From the human T2T-CHM13v2.0 reference genome, Homo sapiens, in NCBI RefSeq assembly GCF_009914755.1, contig NC_060948.1: a stretch of 64,000 bases of DNA; one strand, written 5' to 3'. The position numbers and the translations under genes were made by a program. Every line of letters begins with the position of its first letter. The first letter of the stretch is position 1. The notes beneath the pieces are model-generated. The model did not search any database and was not told where the DNA came from. It saw only the letters and a program-made list of their open reading frames with translations. Positions 1 to 10,906 of this stretch are shown here, in pieces.

Positions 1-764
1 GGAATAGAATAGACGGTAATGGAATGGACTCGAATAGAATGGACACGAATGCTCAAATTGAATGGACTCGAATGGAATGGAAACGAAAGGAATGTCATCG
101 AATGGAATTGAATCGATTGGAATGAAATCGCATAGAATGGAGTGGAATCAAATGGAATTGAATCGAAAGGAAAGGAAGCGAATGGACTGAAATGAAATGG
201 AATGGAATTGAATGGAAAGTAATGCAATGGAATAGAATGGAACGAAATTTCACGGAATGGAATCAAACTGAATGGAATCAAATCAATGGAATCAAGTCAA
301 ATGGAATGGAAAGGAATTGAATGGAGTAGATGGGATTGGATGGGATTGGAATGAAATGTACTGGAAAGGACTCGAATTTCATGAAACGGAATGGAATGAA
401 TTGGAACGGAATGGACTCGAATGGAATGGAATGTCATGGAATGGCATCAAATGGAATGGAATCGAATGCAATGGAATGCTATGGAATGGAATGGAATGCA
501 TTGGAATGGAATGTCCTCTAATGGAATGGATTCGAGTGGAATGGAATCGAATATAATGGAGTCGAATGAAATGGAATTGAAAGGAATGGGATCGAATACA
601 ATGGAATATACTGGAATGTAACGTAATGAACTCGAATGTAATTGACTGGAATGGAATGTACATGAATGGAATGTAATCGAATGGAAAGTAATCCAATGGA
701 ATAGAATCTAATGCAATAAAATCGACTCAGATAGAGTAGAATGTAATGGAATGGAGTGCAGTGC

Positions 765-850
765 AATGGAATGGAATGGAATGGAATGCAATGGAATGGA
801 ATGGAATGGAATGGAATGGAATGGAATGGAATGGAATGGTATGGAATGGA
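765..850 (+). repeat. Near-pure (GGAAT)n microsatellite tract, one per unit, length-variable
   Basis: Run of near-perfect pentamers between gtgcagtgca and ggtatgg in every unit. Confidence 0.9.
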
Positions 851-1153
851 TAGTAATGGACTGGAGTGAAATGGACTGGAAAGGAATGGACTCAAATTGA
901 AAGGTCTCGAAAGGAATGGAGTCAAATGGAATGGTCTGGAATGGAATGAACACGAATGTAATGCAACCCAATAGAATGGAATCGAATGGCATGGAATATA
1001 AAGAAATGGAATCGAAGAGAATGGAAACAAATGGAATGGAATTGAATGGAATGGAATTGAATGGAATGGGAACGTATGGAGTGAAATTGTATGCAGTAGA
1101 AGAGAATAGAATGGAATGCAAGCGAAAGGAAAGGAATGGATTGGAATGGAATG

Positions 1154-1197
1154 GAATTCATTGGAATGGAAGGGAATGTAGTGTAATGGACAGGCCT
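1154..1197. other. Diagnostic EcoRI (GAATTC 1154-1159) and HaeIII/StuI (AGGCCT 1192-1197) sites, conserved once per unit
   Basis: Read directly and recurring in all 18 units; basis of the male-specific ~3.4 kb restriction band. Confidence 0.85.
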
Positions 1198-1567
1198 GGA
1201 ATAAAGTGGAATGCTACGGTCTCGAATGGAATAAAAATGTATGGAATGGAATGCAATGAAACGGAATCGAATGTCATAGAATGTAATGGAATGCAAAAAA
1301 ATGGAATCCAAAATCATTGACTGGAAAGGCTGGGTGTCGAAAGGAATTGACTCCAATGGAATGGAATCGAATGGAATGGAAGTGAATAGAATCGAACTAA
1401 ATCGAATGGAATGGAATTGATAGGAACGGAATGGAAAGGAATGCAATGATTTGGAATGGAATGGAATCGAATGGCATCGAATGGAATGGAATGGAATGCA
1501 ATGGAATGGAATGTATTAGAATGTAATGAACTTTAATGGAATGTACTCGAATGGATTCGACTGGAAT

Positions 1568-1582
1568 GGAATGTTCTGGAAG
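1568..1582. promoter_or_regulatory. Perfect 3-unit heat-shock element motif A (gGAAtgTTCtgGAAg)
   Basis: Matches nGAAnnTTCnnGAAn; intact in 17 of 18 units by eye. Motif only; binding not shown. Confidence 0.55.
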
Positions 1583-1847
1583 TGAATGGACTCCAATGGA
1601 ATGGATTCAAAAGGAATGGAATCGTACGGAATGGAATCTAATGGAATGGAATTAAATGGAAATGAATCAAATTGAATAGCACGGAATTGAATTGAATGGA
1701 ATCGAATGCAATGGAATCTAATGAAACGGAAAGGAAAGGAATGCAATGGAATGGAATGGGATGGAATGGAAAGGAATCGAAACGAATGGAATGGAATCGA
1801 ACTGAAGAGACTGGAATGGAATGCACTGGAATGGAAGGGAGTGTAAT

Positions 1848-1862
1848 GGAAGGTTCTCGAAA
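1848..1862. promoter_or_regulatory. Perfect 3-unit heat-shock element motif B (gGAAggTTCtcGAAa)
   Basis: Matches nGAAnnTTCnnGAAn; intact in 17 of 18 units by eye. Motif only. Confidence 0.55.
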
Positions 1863-3023
1863 AAAATGGAATCGAATGGAATGGAATTGAATGGAACGGA
1901 ATAGAGTCGAATGGAATTGAATGGAATGGAATGGACTAGAGTGAAATGGAATCGAACCACAAGGAATGGACAGGAATAGAATGCTCTCGAATTGAATGGA
2001 ATCGTATGGAATGGCATCAAACGGAATGGAATGGACAGCCACGGAATGGAATCCACTCGAATGCAATGGAGTGGAAACTAATGGACTGGAATAGAATGGA
2101 CTCGACTGGTACGGACTCCAATGGAATGGAATCGAATGGAAGGGAATCGAACGGAATGGACTCGAAGGGAAAAGACTGCAATGGAAAGGTCTCGAATGGA
2201 ATGGAAATTAATGGAATGGAATGGAATCGAATGAAATGGAGTCAAAAGGAATGGAATCGAATGGCAAGAAATCGAATGTAATGGAATCGCCAGGAATTGA
2301 TGTGAACGGAACGGAATGGAATGGAATCCAAAGGAATGGAATAGAATGGAATGGAATCGAATGGAGAGGACTCGAATGGAAATCACTCGAATAGAATGCA
2401 ATTTAATAAAATAGGATCAAATGTAATGGAATGGAATGGAAAGGAATCGAAACGAAAGGAATGGAGACAGATGGAATGGAATGGAACAGAGAGCAATGGT
2501 ATAGAATGGAATGGAATCATCTGGAATGGAATTGAATGGAATGGAATAATATGAAATGGAATGGAATGGAATGGAATGGAATGCCCTTGAATTAAATGGA
2601 CTGGAATGGAATGGACTCAAACAGAGTGGAATGGAAAGTGTGGAGATAGAATGGAATGAACTCCTTTGGAATGGTGTAGTATGCAATGCAATCGACTGGC
2701 AGGGAATCAAAAGGAATGTAATCGAATGGATTGGACTGGAATGCAATGGACTCGAATAGATTGGAAACGGAATGCAAAGGAATGGAATGGAATAGTATGG
2801 AATGCAATGGAAGGGAATGGAGTGGAATAGACTAGAGTGGAATGGAATGGACTGGAAAGCAATGGACTGGAATGGAACTTTCTTGGATGGAGTGGAATCA
2901 AACGGAATGGAATGCAATGCAATCAAATGGCATGGAATAAAATAGAATGAAAGAGAATCAAATGGAATTGAATCGAATGGAATCGAATGGATTGGAAAGG
3001 AACAGAATGGAATGGAATGGAAT

Positions 3024-3030
3024 TGACTCA
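3024..3030. promoter_or_regulatory. AP-1 consensus motif TGACTCA, one per unit
   Basis: Exact TGA(C/G)TCA match, present in 14 of 18 units by eye. Motif only. Confidence 0.35.
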
Positions 3031-3815
3031 AATGGAATGGACTAGAATGGAATGGATTCGAATGGAAGGCAAAGGAATGGAATCTATTGGAATGGACTGT
3101 AATGGAATGGAATGGAAGGGATTGGAATGGACTCGAATGGAATGGACTGCAATAGAAAGGATTCGAATGGAATGAAAAAGAATTGAATGGAATAGAACAG
3201 AATGGAATCAAATCGAATGAAATGGAATGGAATAGAAAGGAATGGAATGAAATGGAATGGAAAGGATTCGAATGGAATGCAATCGAATGGAATGGAATCG
3301 AACGGAATGGAATAAAATGGAAGAAAACTGGCAAGAAATGGAATCGAAATGAATGGAGTGTTATGGAACGGACTCAAAAGGAATTGAATGTAATAGAATG
3401 GAGTGGAGTGGACTCGAATATAATGGACTGGAATGGAATGAAATCACATGGAATGGGAACGAATGGAATGGAATGGAAAGGAATGGAATCGAATGGAATG
3501 GAATCGAATGGAAGGGAATGAAATTGAATCAACACGAATGGAAGGGAATAGAATAGACTGTAATGGAATGGACTCGAATAGAATGGACACGAATGCTCAA
3601 ATTAAATGGACTCGAATGGAATGGAAACGAAAGGAATGTCATCGAATGGAATTGAATCGATTGGAATGAAATCGCATAGAATGGAGTGGAATCAAAAGGA
3701 ATTGAATCGAAAGGAAAGGAAGCGAATGGACTGAAATGAAATGGAATGGAATTGAATGGAAAGTAATGCAATGGAATAGAATGGAACGAAATTTCACGGA
3801 ATGGAATCAAACTGA

Positions 3816-6800
3816 ATGGAATCAAATCAATGGAATCAAATCAAATGGAATGGAAAGGAATTGAAAGGAGTAGATGGGATTGGATGGGATTGGAATGAAA
3901 TGTACTGGAAAGGACTCGAATTTCATGAAACGGAATGGAATGAATTGGAACGGAATGGACTCGAATGGAATGGAATGTCATGGGATGGCATCAAATGGAA
4001 TGAAATCAAATGGAATGGAATCGAATGCAATGGAATGCTATGGAATGGAATGGAATGAATTGGAATGGAATGTCCTCTAATGGAATGGATTCGAGTGGAA
4101 TGGAATTGAATATAATGGAGTCGAATGAAATGGAATTGAAAGGAATGGGATCGAATACAATGGAATATACTGGAATGTAACGTAATGAACTCGAATGTAA
4201 TTGACTGGAATGGAATGTACATGAATGGAATGTAATCGAATGGAAAGTAATCCAATGGAATAGAATCTAATGCAATAAAATCGACTCAGATAGAGTAGAA
4301 TGTAATGGAATGGAGTGCAGTGCAATGGAATGGAATGGAATGGAATGCAATGGAATGGAATGGAATGGAATGGAATGGAATGGAATGGAATGGGATGGAA
4401 TGGTATGGAATGGATAGTAATGGACTGGAGTGAAATGGACTGGAAAGGAATGGACTCAAATTGAAAGGGCTCGAAAGGAATGGAGTCAAATGGAATGGTC
4501 TGGAATGGAATGAACAAGAATGTAATGCAATCCATTAGAATGGAATCGAATGGCATGGAATATAAAGAAATGGAATCGAAGAGAATGGAAACAAATGGAA
4601 TGGAATTGAATGGAATGGAATTGAATGGAATGGGAACGAATGGAGTGAAATTGTATGCAGTAGAAGCGAATAGAATGGAATGCAACCGAAAGGAAAGGAA
4701 TGGATTGGAATGGAATGGAATTCATTGGAATGGAAGGGAATGTAGTGTAATGGACAGGCCTGGAATAAAGTGGAATGCTACGGTCTCGAATGGAATAAAA
4801 ATGTATGGAATGGAATGCAATGAAACGGAATCGAATGTCATAGAATGTAATGGAATGCAAAAAAATGGAATCCAAAATCATTGACTGGAAAGGCTGGGTG
4901 TCGAAAGGAATTGACTGCAATGGAATGGAATCGAATGGAATGGAAATGAATAGAATCGAACTAAATCGAATGGAATGGAATTGATAGGAACGGAATGGAA
5001 AGGAATGCAATGATTTGGCATGGAATGGAATCGAATGGCATCGAATGGAATGGAATGGAATGCAATGGAATGGAATGTATTAGAATGTAATGAACATTAG
5101 TGGAATGTACTCGAATGGATTCGACTGGAATGGAATGTTCTGGAAGTCAATGGACTCCAATGGAATGGATTCAAAAGGAATGGAATCGAACGGAATGGAA
5201 TCTAATGGAATGGAATTAAATGGAAATGAATCAAATTGAATAGCACGGAATTGAATTGAATGGAATCGAATGCAATGGAATCTAATGAAACGGAAAGGAA
5301 AGAATGGAATGGAATAGAATGGGCTGGAATGGAAAGGAATCGAAACGAATGGAATGGAATCGAACTGAGGAGACTGGAATGGAATGCACTGGAATGGAAG
5401 GGAGTGTAATGGAAGGTTCTCGAAAAAAATGGAATCGAATGGAATGGAATTGAATGGAACGGAATAGAGTCGAATGGAATTGAATGGAATGGAATGGACT
5501 AGAGTGAAATGGAATCGAACCACAAGGAATGGACAGGAATAGAATGGTCTCGAATTGAATGGAATCGTATGGAATGGCATCAAACGGAATGGAATGGACA
5601 GCCACGGAGTGGAATGCACTCGAATGCAATGGAGTCGAAACTAATGGACTGGAATAGAATGGACTCGACTGGTACGGACTCCAATGGAATGGAATCGAAA
5701 GGAAGGGAATCGAACGGAATGGACTCGAAGGGAAAAGACTGCAATGGAAAGGTCTCGAATGGAATGGAAATTAATGGAATGGAATGGAATCGAATGAAAT
5801 GGAGTCAAAAGGAATGGAATCGAATGGCAAGAAATCGAATGTAATGGAATCGCAAGGAATTGATGTGAACGGAACGGAATGGAATGGTATCCAAAGGAAT
5901 GGAATAGAATGGAATGGAATCGAATGGAAAGGACTCGAATGGAAATCACTCGAATAGAATGCAATTTAATAAAATAGGATCAAATGTAATAGAATGGAAT
6001 GGAAAGGAATCGAATCGGAAGGAATGGAGACAGATGGAATGGAATGGAACAGAGAGCAATGGTATAGAATGGAATGGAATCATCTGTAATGGAATTGAAT
6101 GGAATGGAATAATATGAAATGGAATGGAATGGAATGGAATGGAATGCCCTTGAATTAAATGGACTGGACTCGAAGAGAGTGGAATGGAAAGTGTTGAGAT
6201 AGAATGGAATGGACTCCTTTGGAATGGTGTAGTATGCAATGCAATCGACTGGCAGGGAATCAAAAGGAATGTAATCGAATGGATTGGACTGGAATGCAAT
6301 GGACTCGAATAGATTGGAAACGGAATGCAAAGGAATGGAATGGAATAGTATGGAATGCAATGGAAGGGAATGGAGTGGAATAGACTAGAGTGGAATGGAA
6401 TGGACTGGAAAGCAATGGACTGGAATGGAACTTTCTTGGATGGATTGGAATCACACGGAATGGAATGCAATGCAATCAAATGGCATGGAATAAAATAGAA
6501 TGAAAGAGAATCAAATGGAATTGAATCGAATGGAATCGAATGGATTGGAAAGGAATAGAATCGAATGGAATGGAATTGACTCAAATGGAATGGACTAGAA
6601 TGGAATGGATTCGAATGGAAGGCAAAGGAATGGAATCTATTGGAATGGACTGTAATGGAATGGAATGGAAGGGATTGGAATGGACTCGAATGGAATGGAC
6701 TGCAATAGAAAGGATTGGAATGGAATGAAAAAGAATTGAATGGAATAGAACAGAATGGAATCAAATCGAATGAAATGGAATGGAATAGAAAGGAATGGAA

Positions 6801-7368
6801 TGAAATGGAATGGAAAGGATTCGAATGGAATGCAATCGAATGGAATGGAATCGAACGGAATGGAATAAAATGGAAGAAAACTGGCAAGAAATGGAATCGA
6901 AATGAATGGAGTGTTATGGAACGGACTCAAAAGGAATTGAATGTAATAGAATGGAGTGGAGTGGACTCGAATATAATGGACTGGAATGGAATGAAATCAC
7001 ATGGAATGGGAACGAATGGAATGGAATGGAAAGGAATGGAATCGAATGGAAAGGAATCGAATGGAAGGGAATGAAATTGAATCAACAGGAATGGAAGGGA
7101 ATAGAATAGACGGTAATGGAATGGACTCGAATAGAATGGACACGAATGCTCAAATTGAATGGACTCGAATGGAATGGAAACGAAAGGAATGTCATCGAAT
7201 GGAATTGAATCGATTGGAATGAAATCGCATAGAATGGAGTGGAATCAAATGGAATTGAATCGAAAGGAAAGGAAGCGAATGGACTGAAATGAAATGGAAT
7301 GGAATTGAATGGAAAGTAATGCAATGGAATAGAATGGAACGAAATTTCACGGAATGGAATCAAACTGA
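3816..7368 (+). repeat. DYZ1 unit 2 (3553 bp)
   Basis: Anchors 3816 and 7369; carries the 10-bp deletion (ggactggactcg) and a 1-bp deletion near 5301. Confidence 0.9.
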
Positions 7369-10300
7369 ATGGAATCAAATCAATGGAATCAAATCAAATG
7401 GAATGGAAAGGAATTGAATGGAGTAGATTGGATTGGATGGGATTGGAATGAAATGTACTGGAAAGGACTCGAATTTCATGAAACGGAATGGAATGAATTG
7501 GAACGGAATGGACTCGAATGGAATGGAATGTCATGGAATGGCATCAAATGGAATGGAATCGAATGCAATGGAATGCTATGGAATGGAATGGAATGCATTG
7601 GAATGGAATGTCCTCTAATGGAATGGATTCGAGTGGAATGGAATCGAATATAATGGAGTCGAATGAAATGGAATTGAAAGGAATGGGATCGAATACAATG
7701 GAATATACTGGAATGTAACGTAATGTACTCGAATGTAATTGACTGGAATGGAATGTACATGAATGGAATGTAATCGAATGGAAAGTAATCCAATGGAATA
7801 GAATCTAATGCAATAAAATCGACTCAGATAGAGTAGAATGTAATGGAATGGAGTGCAGTGCAATGGAATGGAATGGAATGGAATGCAATGGAATGGAATG
7901 GAATGGAATGGAATGGAATGGAATGGAATGGTATGGAATGGATAGTAACGGACTGGAGTGAAATGGACTGGAAAGGAATGGACTCAAATTGAAAGGTCTC
8001 GAAAGGAATGGAGTCAAATGGAATGGTCTGGAATGGAATGAACACGAATGTAATGCAACCCAATAGAATGGAATCGAATGGCATGGAATATAAAGAAATG
8101 GAATCGAAGAGAATGGAAACAAATGGAATGGTATTGAATGGAATGGAAATGAATGGAATGGGAACGAATGGAGTGAAATTGTATGCAGTAGAATAGAATA
8201 GAATGGAATTCAAGCGAAAGGAAAGGAATGGATTGGAATGGAATGGAATTCATTGGAATGTAAGGGAATGTAGTGTAATGGACAGGCCTGGAATAAAGTG
8301 GAATGCTACGGTCTCGAATGGAATAAAAATGTATGGAATGGAATGCAATGAAACGGAATCGAATGTCATAGAATGTAATGGAATGCAAAAAAATGGAATC
8401 CAAAATCATTGACTGGAAAGGCTGGGTGTCGAAAGGAATTGACTCCAATGGAATGGAATCGAATGGAATGGAAGTGAATAGAATCGAACTAAATCGAATG
8501 GAATGGAATTGATAGGAACGGAATGGAAAGGAATGCAATGATTTGGCATGGAATGGAATCGAATGGCATCGAATGGAATGGAATGGAATGCAATGGAATG
8601 GAATGTATTAGAATGTAATGAACTTTAATGGAATGTACTCGAATGGATTCGACTGGAATGGAATGTTCTGGAAGTGAATGGACTCCAATGGAATGGATTC
8701 CAAAGGAATGGAATCGTACGGAATGGAATCTAATGGATGGAATTAAATGGAAATGAATCAAATTGAATAGCACGGAATTGAATTGAATGGAATGGAATGC
8801 AATGGAATCTAATGAAACGGAAAGGAAAGGAATGGAATGGAATGGAATGGGCTGGAATGGAAAGGAATCGAAACGAATGGAATGGAATCGAACTGAAGAG
8901 ACTGGAATGGAATGCACTGGAATGGAAGGGAGTGTAATGGAAGGTTCTCGAAAAAAATGGAATCGAATGGAATGGAATTGAATGGAACGGAATAGAGTCG
9001 AATGGAATTGAATGGAATGGAATGGACTAGAGTGAAATGGAATCGAACCACAAGGAATGGACAGGAATAGAATGGTCTCGAATTGAATGGAATCGTATGG
9101 AATGGCATCAAACGGAATGGAATGGACAGCCACGGAATGGAATCCACTCGAATGCAATGGAGTCGAAACTAATGGACTGGAATAGAATGGACTCGACTGG
9201 TACGGACTCCAATGGAATGGAATCGAATGGAAGGGAATCGAACGGAAGGGAATCGAACGGAATGGACTCGAAGGGAAAAGACTGCAATGGAAATGTCTCG
9301 AATGGAATGGAAATTAATGGAATGGAATGGAATCGAATGAAATGGAGTCAAAAGGAATGGAATCGAATGGCAAGAAATCGAATGTAATGGAATCGCCAGG
9401 AATTGATGTGAACGGAACGGAATGGAATGGAATCCAAAGGAATGGAATAGAATGGAATGGAATCGAATGGAAAGGACTCGAATGGAAATCACTCGAATAG
9501 AATGCAATTTAATAAAATAGGATCAAATGTAATGGAATGGAATGGAAAGGAATCGAAACGAAAGGAATGGAGACAGATGGAATGGAATGGAACAGAGAGC
9601 AATGGTATAGAATGGAATGGAATCATCTGGAATGGAATTGAATGGAATGGAATAATATGAAATGGAATGGAATGGAATGGAATGGAATGCCCTTGAATTA
9701 AATGGACTGGAATGGAATGGACTCAAACAGAGTGGAATGGAAAGTGTGGAGATAGAATGGAATGAACTCCTTTGGAATGGTGTAGTATGCAATGCAATCG
9801 ACTGGCAGGGAATCAAAAGGAATGTAATCGAATGGATTGGACTGCAATGCAATGGACTCGAATAGATTGGAAACGGAATGCAAAGGAATGGAATGGAATA
9901 GTACGGAATGCAATGGAAGGGAATGGAGTGGAATAGACTAGAGTGGAATGGAATGGACTGGAAAGCAATGGACTGGAATGGAACTTTCTTGAATGGACTG
10001 GAATCAAACGGAATGGAATGCAATGCAATCAAATGGCATGGAATAAAATAGAATGAAAGAGAATCAAATGGAATTGAATCGAATGGAATCGAATGGATTG
10101 GAAAGGAATAGAATGGAATGGAATGGAATGGACTAGAATGGAATGGATTCGAATGGAAGGCAAAGGAATGGAATCTATTGGAATGGACTGTAATGGAATG
10201 GAATGGAAGGGATTGGAATGGACTCGAATGGAATGGACTGCAATAGAAAGGATTCGAATGGAATGAAAAAGAATTGAATGGAATAGAACAGAATGGAATC

Positions 10301-10906
10301 AAATCGAATGAAATGGAATGGAATAGAAAGGAATGGAATGAAATGGAATGGAAAGGATTCGAATGGAATGCAATCGAATGGAATGGAATCGAACGGAATG
10401 GAATAAAATGGAAGAAAACTGGCAAGAAATGGAATCGAAATGAATGGAGTGTTATGGAACGGACTCAAAAGGAATTGAATGTAATAGAATGGAGTGGAGT
10501 GGACTCGAATATAATGGACTGGAATGGAATGAAATCACATGGAATGGGAACGAATGGAATGGAATGGAAAGGAATGGAATCGAATGGAAAGGAATCGAAT
10601 GGAAGGGAATGAAATTGAATCAACACGAATGGAAGGGAATAGAATAGACTGTAATGGAATGGACTCGAATAGAATGGACACGAATGCTCAAATTAAATGG
10701 ACTCGAATGGAATGGAAACGAAAGGAATGTCATCGAATGGAATTGAATCGATTGGAATGAAATCGCATAGAATGGAGTGGAATCAAAAGGAATTGAATCG
10801 AAAGGAAAGGAAGCGAATGGACTGAAATGAAATGGAATGGAATTGAATGGAAAGTAATGCAATGGAATAGAATGGAACGAAATTTCACGGAATGGAATCA
10901 AACTGA
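7369..10906 (+). repeat. DYZ1 unit 3 (3538 bp)
   Basis: Anchors 7369 and 10907; extra EcoRI site at 8206-8211; 15-bp deletion near 10125. Confidence 0.9.
9980..9994. promoter_or_regulatory. Perfect 3-unit heat-shock element motif C (gGAActTTCttGAAt), polymorphic among units
   Basis: Matches nGAAnnTTCnnGAAn in 13 of 18 units; last GAA is GGA in units 1, 2, 9 and 13; deleted in unit 14. Confidence 0.5.

Larger units (their letters stand above)
272..3815 (+). repeat. DYZ1 unit 1 (3544 bp; arbitrary anchor atggaatcaaatcaatgg)
   Basis: Anchor-to-anchor spacing from recurring ORF starts 272 and 3816. Confidence 0.9.

Noticed and set aside
322-350. G-richer patch (ggagtagatgggattggatgggattgg) as a G-quadruplex
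   Set aside because: It has only two GGG runs, which is insufficient for a canonical three-tier quadruplex.
715-3316. Several AATAAA hexamers per unit as polyadenylation signals (e.g. 715, 1200, 2405, 3311)
   Set aside because: They arise easily from AATGGA or AATAGA by substitution, there is no clear downstream GU-rich element, and there is no transcript evidence in the sequence.
8206-8211. Extra EcoRI site in unit 3
   Set aside because: It is a private point variant 40 bp from the conserved site, with no significance beyond being a marker.
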